A DNA stretch of 63,838 nucleotides, counting the filler, from Perkinsus chesapeaki ATCC PRA-425 (taxonomy: Eukaryota; Protista; Perkinsozoa): the NCBI GenBank assembly GCA_013115145.1. It is 12 parts of 12 records of this genome, joined end to end, with 100 filler letters (N's around TTAATTAATTAA, not from the genome) between each part and the next. Parts side by side here need not be neighbours in the genome. Positions count along the whole stretch, not along the records: positions 1 to 28,309 come from JAAPAO010000477.1; positions 28,410 to 34,802 come from JAAPAO010001089.1; positions 34,903 to 37,723 come from JAAPAO010001518.1; 9 more parts are not named here. One strand, given 5' to 3'. Made by a program: the position numbers and the translations under genes. The notes beneath the pieces were generated by a model, which had not been told where the DNA came from, ran no database searches, and saw only the letters and a list, made by a program, of their open reading frames with translations. Of the stretch, positions 23,557 to 35,376 are shown in pieces. Each line of letters opens with the position of its first letter. Positions within the stretch are counted from its first letter, which is position 1.

Positions 23557-24955
23557 ATGTTAGTTCTTAGTCCCGTCAGTCTCAATAATAACCGTTTCGG
23601 AGGATCGCTGGCTAAGGTGATTTTCATACCACTCCTTCCACAACTTTTCCTCTTTATAGAGATGGTTGGATGTCCGAATGCATGATATGTATGTTCGCCG
23701 AGCTCAACGTGATATGTATCGGAGTAGAGCAGCCTATAAGCTACTTCAAATTGACGACAGGTTTTCGATATTCCGGTAGTAGTAAAGGGGCGATAGTTGT
23801 GGGGGACATTTGCATCGCTCGGCACACCTACCTCGTGCGTAGGAGACTGGATAAAGAGAGCTCTCCCTAATAGTGGTGATGCTCTAGTTAGGGCAGCCTT
23901 TATTAAAGTGGATGCTTAGAAATGTTATTATCGAGTCATTAAAATGGCACTATATGCTTTTAATGAAACAATAGGTCCCGAATATTAACAATGGGAATAT
24001 TCAACGCCGCTTGCCTTCACTTTAGGAAAAACCAGCGGGTAGTTGATCTGGGATGCTACTCTGGCGGATGGTCACAAGTAGCATTGAAGAGAGCCAGAGT
24101 TGGGGAATCAAATAGTGTAGTTGTTGGGGTTGATAAGATACGGATGGATGCATTACAAATGCACACTTTCGTGCAAGGAGATGTAACCTAACTTCACTGA
24201 CAGGCTGGCCTATTGCCGGGGGTTTCAGATTACCGACCCGGCTACTATCGATGCTATTAAGAGAGCTCTAGGAGAGAATAAAAAGGCACATGTTTTACTC
24301 AGCGACATGGCGCCAAATGTCACTGGGAGGAGAGCTGACGACCATTTGGAGATTACAGAGCTCAATATGAAGGTTGGTGCCAGCTGGGCTTGTCCAAAGA
24401 TACGCCGTTGCAGACGTTGGATGTGATGGAGAACGTTCTCGGTATTAAAGGATGGCTTGTAATGAAGACATTCTTCGGGCCGGAGACACAGAAGCTCAGG
24501 ACTTTCCTGGAATCTAGATTTTATAAGGTATGGTATAGAGCTTCCCTAACACTACTCGGCCTACTATTAGGTTCGAGCGTATCGGCCGCATGCCACTCGA
24601 CCGGAATCGAGAGAGGTACCTCTACGGGAGATACGATCCTTGAGTTAGGCATTGCAGGTTTATCTGATTGGCAGTGGATATCGTGGCCGAGGCGTCTCTA
24701 TTGCTTCTGAAGTCAATGAGCGTGCTCGGGTTCGAAAGGAGGGATGGGAACTCGAGCAGCCCGCTAAAGTGATGTTGTTGCTTTGAAGGTGTCCAGCAGC
24801 AGCAATAGTGCTGGTAGGTACGGATACCACAGAATGAAGCTGGTGCGATACGACAGGAAGAGGAGCTTGAGAGGAGAGCTAAGACCTCGGCTGGTGTTAT
24901 GCCAGAGGAGGTTAGTAGCAGACCAAGACGCATGCCACGACAAAAGAAACGATAG
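23557..24955 (+). CDS. MRM2: RrmJ/FtsJ-family 2'-O-ribose rRNA methyltransferase (RlmE/MRM2-like)
   Basis: Exons give YRSRAAYKLLQIDDRF, VVDLGCYSGGWSQV, LLSDMAPNVTG, LVMKTFFG and PESREVYLIG, so the K-D-K-E tetrad is present. Start and last exon uncertain (alternative stop at 24786). Confidence 0.85.
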
Positions 24956-25039
24956 CATGTTTCTGTTTCAATAAGTTTCAGTGCATAAAAGAAGAGCTTT
25001 AGAGTTTCACAGTACTCGGGAATGGACACGACTTTTCTC

Positions 25040-27611
25040 ACTCGCCTGTGGAATTTGATACCGTATCCATGTCAAGTGGGTGCCTAACTGAAATGGGCAC
25101 CGGCCTGAAGGGTTGGGCATCCAGGCCAAGGGTGTGAATTGAATTGCTGACTTTCCATCGTTTACCAAGAATCGATGAGATCGCGTGCACGAGCGATACG
25201 TCAACGTTGCCTGTGTGTTTACAAGGTCGCGGTTTCACGGCGCTGCAATGCCTACCCTTTTTTGAGATTTAGTTAAGGGATCACTTAATTCAGATGTAAG
25301 AAGGCAAAAATGTGATACACGAAAAACGATCTCGGTGGGACTCGAACCCACAATCTTTGGTTCCGAAGACCCAACGCCTTATCCATTAGGCCACGAGACC
25401 ACTGAATTTTGGGTACCTGTCCTATTTGACACCCCGCGCAACAAAAGAAACTGGAGAATCATTCATCGTTTTGCATGTCCCTCCTCACTAGGAGCTTCTC
25501 ATCAAGCACTTCCAATAGTTCGCAGAACTCACGTTGTTCGTGAAGCAGTTGTCGAACCTGAACCTTACGATAGCGATCTATTGCCGCGACACCCACTTGT
25601 CGTATTGTAAGCTCTTCCGCGCTCTCCACCTTTGAACAAATACCCGGTTTGCGATCCCTCAGTAACGGCCGAATGTCCCTATCGAGGACAGTGGCCCAGT
25701 CTAGGCATATGTCCGGGCCCGAGTCCGGGTGGGGAAACCTGAATCAACCTCTCGTGTATCCTTACGAACTCTGAGCTACCCTAGATTCTCGAGAGCCATT
25801 CGGCATTTGATTCGATAATCTTCGGCCTCTTGGCCTGGTTTAAGGCCAGCGATGCTAGTGTGATCAACACTAGTAACAAAGGCCACTGCTGATGTCAGCA
25901 TTGTAAAATAATATCCTTCCTCACCGGAGGACAAACGCTGAGCTGGCCTGAAGCATTAGCGTCGCGATTTCCAGGATAACACTCTTACCTGAAAGCCTGG
26001 ATGAAGTTTATGTTACTTCTGAGCCGAGATGGTCTAGCTTTTATCAACACCCAGATGAGAACGGGAAGTATGTCGTCGGCCGAGCCTCCATCGCTTGACT
26101 CCAGCGTTCTAGTAATTACCCGACATGCATTCAGAAGACACACCAGTTTATCTTTAGGTGCTCGGTACTTAGACTACCGTAAGGGTGATGAAATATAACC
26201 AATACTGAGCTACCAAAAGACTGAGTTGCTTGATTGCCATCTTTAACCCTTCCTCATCGATATCAGGGCCCTCCAAATGCCGGCGTAGATCCATCCAGCT
26301 AAGACCTGCTAGCTTCCTCTCTAGTGCGGTGTCCGCCTGGAACAATATAAAAGTGAGCAGACATTATGCTGTGTACATCTCTATCTCGTTGGTCAATGTC
26401 AAAGAGAAGCCTCCTAGATTCCTGTGGGTCATCAGCCCCATAGCCGATAGGTGCATCCATCTCCAGGATGACAAACTTCTCTAAAGCCTCACAGGCATCA
26501 CGGCGTCTATCATGTCCCGCCTTATCGAGGGGTGATAGGGCCAGAAGGGACGACTGTCAAACGACACATCCTCATTGACGTTCGAATAATGGAACAACAA
26601 CAGAGACTTTAAATTTATATTTTAATACACATAGAGGCAAATACCTAATGTAGCCTCACTTCGAGTGATGATAAGAATTTATGGAGCATTCGGCCGGCCC
26701 TTTCTCTCGAATGTACCCCCTCACGCGGCCACTTCTGTTTTAGGGATGCCACTCTCTCGAACCTGAACGGATTCATACCCACCGGAAAATACTTATAGAA
26801 ATATACACCAGTTTTCGCCCGAGTGCAGGGTGATCATGCAGTAGCTCGAGAAACGCCTTGAAGCCCAGGGGATCTGACGACCATCTGTCAAGCCTAATTG
26901 TCATCAGCCTCACCATTATTAATCTGCTCTGGTTTAAGCTTTGATGCGTCTCCTCCGTCCTCACTAACCCTCCGACCTCTTATCCAGTCTACTGGTTGCT
27001 GTACTTTACCCAGCATACCACTCAACAACCCCCTGCCTGTATCATCTTTATCTGGTGATGCCCCTTCCTGTATCATATCAACACCGGTGACTATAGGGCT
27101 CGAGGCAACAGTAAGATCAACTATTCTAGGTCCAGACTGGGCGACCTCGCATGGCTCCCCTTCTATCTCGTCATCATCAACCTCGTCGGCTAAGATAGCA
27201 TCAACCTTGGATACTGTGCTCGATATGAGAGGTTCGGCATGGGGTGGTGGTGGCAGCGAGGAGGAATAGGATGGCAACGTCATTGAGGCAAGTGATAAGG
27301 GGGTAACACCAAAGCTGATGGTATACGGTGATTACCAAGCCTGGTGTTCATAACAGTGATAAGATCTTCCTGATCTACCACAGGAGCTGTGTTGGCACCA
27401 TTCCTCCTTATCACAGTGGCGTGTAAATTAATAAGCACAGTGAAGGCAGAGGCCGCAAGGAAATTTTGGTCGCTTGTCGCTTGTCGCATCGTAGGTCGCT
27501 TGGTAACCGTAATAAGAAAACCTCAAGCACGCCCGCTCCGGTATCATCCTTCTCCAGCACATCATGATCATTAAGTACACGGACGTTTACAAGTTGAAGC
27601 TTTTTACGCAT
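25040..27611 (-). CDS. Multi-exon hypothetical protein
   Basis: Coding-like minus-strand exons (ORF 26894-27283; EKFVILEMDAPIGYGADDPQESRRLLFD; ADTALERKLAGLSWMDLRRHLEG) with GT-AG boundaries. No domain recognised; extent uncertain. Confidence 0.4.
25327..25400 (-). tRNA. tRNA-Arg (anticodon TCG), with one extra nucleotide in the anticodon stem
   Basis: Reverse complement GGTCTCGTGGCCTAATGGATAAGGCGTTGGGTCTTCGGAACCAAAGATTGTGGGTTCGAGTCCCACCGAGATCG. Acceptor, D and T arms pair; followed by a TTTTT Pol III terminator. Confidence 0.9.
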
Positions 27612-28234
27612 TCCCAGTAATTAATGTTGGTCTACTCCCTTAGCCGACCTTTGATAGTCGTTACATGGTATTCCCCTCGTACAAGGGGATTTCAACTTGT
27701 AAATCATCTCATATTGAGGTCTACGACAACTAACCTAGTCGAGCTAGGAGCTACTTCAAACAGCTACGAAATGATTCGTGTCACGATGGGCATTCAGTGC
27801 TTCCCAATTCGAGGATATAACCGATGACAACTATAACTTTTTCAAATCTATTTACAAAACAGTTGTACAAGGAAGGAATGTCATATCGGGATTCCCGATC
27901 CGGGAATAGAGCCACGAAACTTGCTCCGAAATTGTGGGGGGAAGCGTCACAAGCATTGCTCAGAGCTATCATGCAACGGAGAGATTACAACATATGCTAT
28001 GCACTGTTTACAGCAAGGCCTAACACTAATTCACTGTCAGTGAGCTCTCACAGGCACTGCCGTTGCCCGAAAATAGTCAACTACACAGTGATTGAGTTTA
28101 TGAGTCATAGTATGACTCATACCGTATTACACTATGTCTCACACAATGCGCGTAAATTACGCTATATCCACCTCTATCCTGTATCCCAAACATTTAGCGC
28201 CCTCATTTTGAAGCCCGTCTTGGAGTCTGCCATT

Positions 28235-28236
<2 letters not shown>

Positions 28237-28294
<58 letters not shown>

Positions 28295-28309
28295 GGGGGG
28301 GGGGGGGGG
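28237..28309. other. Poly-G run at contig end, probable sequencing artefact
   Basis: About 73 near-pure G immediately before an N gap, the typical two-colour-chemistry no-signal artefact. Confidence 0.8.
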
Positions 28310-28409
28310 NNNNNNNNNNNNNNNNNNNNNNNNNNNNNNNNNNNNNNNNNNNNTTAATTAATTAANNNNNNNNNNNNNNNNNNNNNNNNNNNNNNNNNNN
28401 NNNNNNNNN
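28310..28409. other. Artificial contig spacer (first of 11)
   Basis: 44 N + TTAATTAATTAA (stops in all six frames) + 44 N. The same 100-bp spacer occurs at 34803, 37724, 39287, 46032, 49198, 50382, 52344, 55114, 56256 and 60879. Confidence 0.95.
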
Positions 28410-28507
28410 TCGCTTCCAACAATAACGAGTCGAGCGGAAGTGGAGGGATCATCATCGCGATTGTCTTGGTTGTTATCATTGTTGCCATTGCATGCTACTT
28501 AATGTAG
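28410..28507 (+). CDS. 3' end of a gene with a C-terminal transmembrane anchor (fragment)
   Basis: ASNNNESSGSGGIIIAIVLVVIIVAIACYLM* at the contig start. Confidence 0.35.
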
Positions 28508-29403
28508 GAGATGTTCCTTCTTTGTTACTTTTATATTGGATCATGCTCTTTCAGGTGGCGTTTCTACAAGCATCGAAGCTTCTCCTTGTCTGCTCTCCGT
28601 TTGCCTACTTTATCGAAACCTCGTAGATTTGCCGGGCGAGAATTGTCAGAGAGTTCTGCCTAACAGTGTATCCTGCCGGGCTAATCTTTTAACACTATTA
28701 TTGACTTCTTTATAATACCATGCATTAATTCATCTTGCCTATATGGTCTTTGCAACATTATCTCAGTCATACTGAGCAACAAGTTGAAATCCTTTATAGT
28801 ATAAAGTAACCTTCATCAAGCCCCTCTGGACTCATTCGTCGTTGTGTTAAAGTTCATGCCATCCTTCAGTCGTGGGCAGCGCCTCAACCCAACCTGTTCT
28901 AGCGGTAACAGTCATTAATATAAATAGGATGATCGATTGCATGCTCGATGAGCATAAGTGGCCCGGAACATTGCCGAGATAAACTGTAGTCTATTTGCAG
29001 CTAAGTGTGACACTTGAGGTAAAGTAATACCATAATAAAGCAGGTTTGCTTGTACACAGGTTTTCTTATATATTTACCCAATGAAGCAATTAATCAATCT
29101 GACTTCTTCTTTTAATGTCACTATAGGAGACGGTTGATGACAACAACTTATCAATTGTTGGTCCCTATTTTCCTGCCGTATTGCGTTTCAGAAGTAGCAA
29201 GATTGTTGGCAAGATGCCGTATATCGCGTTCTTGTCTTGCATTACTACTGTAACTCCACACACTGAATACGATGTAGAGAAGATAACACCGTCATACACT
29301 AAACAATGGTTTCATGCATTCATCTACTTCTTCCGCATTCATATCATCATCGAAACAAGCGTAATAGTCATCCTTTGCAGCTGTTGACAACCATCTCATA
29401 CGA

Positions 29404-32400
29404 TCAATGAGGACGCAGTCCACTATACTGCGCGGCAGGGGCTCTCCGGGAAGCGGCTGAAACTACAATCATACGAGAAGCAACAAGCAACGCTACACAG
29501 CCGTAGCTTCGGAGGACCCCTGGGTGAGTGGTTTCCTCGTGAAGCGTGCAGAACCTGCGGCACAGACCTTCGGCACCTGACCGAGATACTATACCGATAA
29601 CTGTCAGTATTAACTCACTACCTCCTAACGAGACCTTCCGCAAAGCATCGAGAGCCTTGGTTGAAACAAACTTCTTTTTCAAACGTAACCGTCGCAATGA
29701 CCCAGACATGGTCGGCAAGAGCACAGCTATATCTATTACAATCAACACTCAAACGAAGATCATGATTGCTCAACAGACCATTTTCTGAATCCAACACCAA
29801 AGCGTCCGTAGGGATATCTGGAGAGTTGGCAGCGGTCATGTCACATAGTAGGCTATCTGAACCTTCACAGGCAGCTGAGAATTTAACGCCGAGGAGACCA
29901 ACAGTACCTGAGGAAGACACGCGCACAAAAGATGAGGAAGATTTTGCGCCCCCAAGCAAGCATTATGTCCGCGCATCGACCAAGCAGATATTTGATGGAA
30001 GAGCGCCGCACAAACGGAAATAACAAAAGAAATGTGATGAGCCTCTCGCGTGAGTTTCGTATATGAAGCTCGCACCATCTCTATCGGCGAATAGGACACC
30101 ATTGCCTTCCGGCAGGCAAGTCATCGCTGTAACAAACCTTGACGAGGCTTCGATGTATCTGAGAAATAAAGATCCGAACATACTGAGCGGGGAATCTCCC
30201 CGAAAAGAACTAACGCTACATCGGTCTTAATTCTCCTCCATCAACAACCGCCAACACCATCACACCATCGGCCGTATTGCTTCCCAAAAAGAGCCCCTCG
30301 GGGACGCCTCGATCGTTACAACGCCGCTGGCCACTCTTAAGGGGAACTGTCAACTTTACAGTGAAGGCCTTCTCCACTGAGGGACTCACAGAAAGGCCAA
30401 CTTCTTTTTGGTATAGGACAGAGGCGAGTGAAGGCGTGGCCCCACTCCCGGTCAATTTTGGTGACTGTCATGAAATTAATCCGCTCTTTTTTGTCACCAC
30501 CAATCTCCTTCCGCCCTCTCAATAGGTACTGAGGGATACCGAGTCGATCGGTTCACTTCTGTTGCACAAAAACTGTCCCTTTTCGGCCGCCTTACAATTC
30601 TCTGGTGGCTCGAAAATGCTATTAGATCCTCCGAAACGGAGCAAATATTGTCAACTGGTGTGTAAGGGATACCTATCAGGGAGAACTCATCGATGAAGAT
30701 GTAGAAAGATTTACTCATCTTGCACATCAGCTTGAATGATTCTGTCTCAACCAGCAATAGCCGACCGCCGGTGGTCTTTCCTGATGTAATAACGCCACCC
30801 TCGAGAGATAGACATCACTACGAGCCGAGTTGATATTAGAATAGAATCCATCGCCGAAGTGTCCTCTTGACAACTACCACGGGGGCAATTAAGAACAACA
30901 ACAACTCCGAGAAAATTGGCCCAAGTCTAACTTCGCCAACCACGCGCCTATGTGTTTATAGTTGAAATGGCTCAAACTATCCATTTGATATATTCAATCA
31001 CTCTCACCATCGTCCTCGTAACACCCCCGTCTCTCTACTGCAGCTACATTCGCTGAGTTCTTTATACCACTGTTGTTCAACGGCTCAAACCGAGTACCTG
31101 GCGTTCGCATTTAGCTACCACTTACCGCACTTATTGGGACGCAGGACCCCCAGTGAAGTTGATCAATGACTGGCTACCCTTCAATGAGCTCGAAAATGAA
31201 GCTCATCAACAACTCCGACTGGTGGAGACTTTGCTACTCGGAAATGTACCATATTCCCGCGGAGCTCTCGCCAAGTCATGAGCTGATACCGGTGGTCCCC
31301 TATGTTAAAGTACTCCGAAACTAGCTTTAAGCTTTGAAGAGTTTTTTTATAATAAACTAGTAGGTTATTATAATCATATTCTCCCATCTATATAGATTGA
31401 AGAATATACCCCTCGACCGACTTAGCTTACCAACGGCAAAAAACGTCATCTTTTCTGGAACGTTTAATTGGCAAATAGCGGAGCATGTCGGCACTTCTCT
31501 ATTTATGCCATCACCAATTCCTCCAGCCGGGAACGGGATACATCTCTCAACTCGAGCTGGATACCCGGCTGCTGGCTCATTGAGATTTGCTGATTGAAGT
31601 CTGTCGTCAATTGACAAATACAAAAGATTCTCTACCTGCTGGACCGATGCTGCCTGGGTTTATACCGATCTGGGCTATGGACCATCGACCATCACTGGCA
31701 AGGCGACAAAGTCCGAAGGCTTTATTCTTACTAGTGACTTCTAATGAACGACAATAATAGGGAAGTAACTGATATGAGAAGGAATGGAAACCCGAAACCC
31801 GAAGATAGCCCAAAGAATGAACCGTATTGACTTGGCCGCCGGCTTAGACACCATGAATGGTAAGTAATAGATTTCAAGTCAGACGAGAAGCAATACAGAC
31901 TTCTTAAGAGCATTCTGGCTTCATTCAACCATGGCATCTAAAGGCATAGGATATCTAAACTAAATTGGAGATAGAAAAACGTTCCCACATGAGAATTAAG
32001 GACAACGACCGAAGGAGGTCGATATTGAGCGACAAGGCACAGAACGGGGAGTCGAAAAAGCTGGGTGGATCGTGGTAGATTGGTTTTAGCAATTAAGGGG
32101 AGTTCTGCAATCACGTACATAGGAGAAGATCGAACATGGCTCAACCGAAGGAGTAATGTTACCTACCAAATGATGATGTAAATGACCTGCTCAAGCGCTT
32201 CAACTCACCAATCAGTAAATAGGGCTGTTGTTTCTTATCAACAGTGGTAGCCACAATAGCAACACGACCGTCAGGGGCTATCGGCGCCAATAAGTGGGGT
32301 GATAGTCCCAGAGGTAGCGGCTTCACAGTAAATAAGGAAGAAGAAGGCCCACCATCTTCATCTGAATAATAGAGCATATTAGCTGTGCTGTGACGAGCTC

Positions 32401-34619
32401 TATCCACAGCTTTTCCTCACCAGCTGAGATTTGTCATATAAAATTGAAGATTCCCAATACCTCGCACTTGTGCGGATAATGCTAATTTCACAGTCTCACC
32501 AATTATTGTCACACACGCGGCAGTCACCATGGGAGAAGTGGGACAAGTGCAATCCTATCGTAACAAGTTGGGTACTTTCCGGAGCCAACACATCAGTATA
32601 CGGCAACGATTTTATAACGGAAGGCATGATGACTAAATGCCAGAGTTGCAAACGACATACTGTATAGACTCAGTAAAGCGACTTGGGCGACTAAACATCC
32701 GACAGCAAAGTACCACCTACCTTTGTTAACCTTACTGGCATCATCTTGAGCTATGACAGTGATAGAGGAGGTTTTGAACAAAGCAACGGGTATGGTATCG
32801 TTATCGTTGATATTAATAATTTTACCAGGGCACCCTGCAGGGCCGCCTCTAACCTGATAAATAGTAATACAGTAATATATAGCATAATTGAGTGATACCT
32901 ATTGATCTACTGTTAAACAACTTTGAATTCTAGAAATATAGTTCGGCGAATAGATGTTCATCGCCATTCTTTGATGCCTCAAGTGCTTTTGTGAACAGGT
33001 ATGGTTGATAGTAATCAAGATACTAGCTCAGATGAAAACGGGTTATCAGTTCCATATAGAGTAAGTCAACACATCATTTTTCGCCAAGTCGAACTTTAAC
33101 CCTCCAAAAGCCGACACTGCAGTACGAGGAGCGATAGCCTGCTTCAATGCTGCTTTCGTCGAATGGCAACTTCTGGGGTTGAGTTACCCAGCGTACCTGG
33201 GACAGTTGAGTTAGCCCTTGAGAATCCAAATTGAAATAGAGCACGTAGCCATCTCGGCAACCAACGAATACTTTGACTCTATCATCTGAGAAATGACACA
33301 CGAGGTCTCGAGCAAGCGTCTTGATAGAGCGAAAAGTGAAATTAGATTCAGTTGCCAATCAATCATTGAAACGAAACTCGGAAATTCGTAAATCAATCGC
33401 AAGTTTCGTAAAGATATCTTGTACGTAATGTCACCCGCTATCAGCTCTATTATACTAGAACCTTGGATGTGATGAAATACCCGTCCCTTTTCAATTGACA
33501 CTCCTTCAGGAGGAGACATGCAGGTGGTGATGAGGATGATAACTTACTGTGATCTTGATATGGTTTAAAGCATAATGAGTGAGGAATTAAAGGGACTTCA
33601 TCCGCTCCATCTGAGAGAGTAATTTCAGAAAGCGACCGATAAGGGACTACTGAGGGTGTTGAAGTGACTCACTAGAAAGAAGTATCCATTTCGAGCTAAT
33701 CTGCTGAGAGTAAATGAATATATCTAGTTGATCGACGTCTAGGTTGAAACACATCCGCGAGCTCGGATCTTGATGACAAAGAAGAGCAATTATATAGAAT
33801 TCGGATAGATCTACCAACAACGCATATTCCTCAAGTGGACCCGGAGAGGAATTTTTCCGAGGGACCGGAAAAAATACTAATTATTGTCTTGTATTATTGC
33901 GAAGCATGGTGAAATCTGGGAACATTATCATTGTAAAATAGTTGTATCATTAACAAGGAGATATTGATATAAATGCAGGTCGCTATCGAGGTCAGCGACT
34001 TCACCTTGTTTAAGCTCAACAGTCTGTTTAAGTTGTATATTCTTCTTCTCATAAATAACAAATACTTCCAACGTGCCGATGAAGGTACCCACGACTAGTA
34101 TGTCACCATAGGGTTGATGGATGAGCGGCAATGGACAGAATTCGCCTAAGTCGGGAATGCTCTCAACTCTCCTCCGAGGACCCTACATAGCGTGCAGCCA
34201 CTTTTGCCGGAAAGGCTCCGATATTCACAAAGATGCACCAATCTCTGAAAGGGGAAGAAATTCCGTAACGGCTTCAGCGGCAATAATAGTTGAGACGGCG
34301 GAGTCGAGAAAGTGAGAATTTCATAACCGTCCATCGACTTTGTTACACGTACTGTATTAAAGAGTAAAAAATAAAAAGATAAAATTATTTTAAATTTAGT
34401 AAAATCATTTTTCGGGAAATAAAGAAACCAAGCGGAGGATTGCTTAAATCGAAAGTTGCTGTTTACCTCTATAAAGCCTTGAAAGCTGTAAATGAAGATA
34501 TCATCATCACAGGTGAAAGCTGCTATACTGTTTTTGGAGGTGAACGATGCGTTGTCGAATTTGCGACCTTCTTCGGGTACCAGCAATCGTCGTGGTTTGT
34601 CATCGAATGTATCGGTCAC
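29404..34619 (-). CDS. Divergent DDB1/SF3B3/CPSF160-family triple beta-propeller protein, 5'-truncated by the contig end
   Basis: KVFVGCRDGYVLYFNLDSQGLTQLSQVRWVTQPQKL (33074-33358), VKPLPLGLSPHLLA (~32300) and FGSLFLRY...RFVTAMTCLPEGNGVLFADRDG (29963-30181) match MMS1_N and CPSF_A-type motifs in the expected order. Many short introns. Confidence 0.6.
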
Positions 34620-34627
34620 ATACGCCT

Positions 34628-34802
34628 GAGGAGATATAATAAAAAGAAGTTTGATAGGAAATATGTTACTAATAATACGGAGAAGGAGATATGATAGAAA
34701 GGAGTTTGATAGGAAATATGTTACTAGTAATACGGAGGAGGAGATATAATAGAAAGGAGTTTGATAGGAAATATGTTACTAGTGGTACAGAGGAGGAGAT
34801 AT
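34628..34802. repeat. 55-bp tandem minisatellite, ~3.2 copies, cut by the spacer
   Basis: Unit GAGGAGATATAATAGAAAGGAGTTTGATAGGAAATATGTTACTAGTAATACGGAG (with variants) starts at 34628, 34683, 34738 and 34793. Confidence 0.9.
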
Positions 34803-35376
34803 NNNNNNNNNNNNNNNNNNNNNNNNNNNNNNNNNNNNNNNNNNNNTTAATTAATTAANNNNNNNNNNNNNNNNNNNNNNNNNNNNNNNNNNNNNNNNNN
34901 NNGAGCAGTCGAAAATGTGATTTCGTACCACACAGCTTTGGTTTCATTTTACACTTTGCTTATTGTGTGTATTATTATTACAACTGGGACACAATCCCGA
35001 GTCAGTGATATGCTACCCGTGGAGTGACACAATACATGAACAGATTGGATATATAATAATAAGCGATAGTGAAAACCAATGAGGTGTTGAAGTTACAAAT
35101 ACATCTCGTATCTCAGTTATCGTCCGATTAGGCCTCCGAGGTGTCGACGGCAACCCACTTGGCGACCGCTTTACCAATGGCTTCTACGACATACCTGGGA
35201 CGAACGCTCGGTATGAATTAAGGCTCTGTATAAAAAACAAAGGTACATCATACATGTATAAATGTGACAATATAATTATCAAAGGCACGACTCGCTCTAG
35301 AAAACCAGGGTTCGTAGGGCTTATACCCGTGAATATGTCGACTAATGATCATTACGAGAAGGCAAATCTTCGGCAC

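Noticed and set aside
22400-23560. AT-rich hydrophobic stretch as a mitochondrial insertion (cox-like)
   Set aside because: Fully explained by UNC-50 exons and AT-rich introns.
28237-28309. Poly-G as a G-quadruplex or poly-Gly coding tract
   Set aside because: It sits at a contig end and has the pattern of a sequencing artefact.
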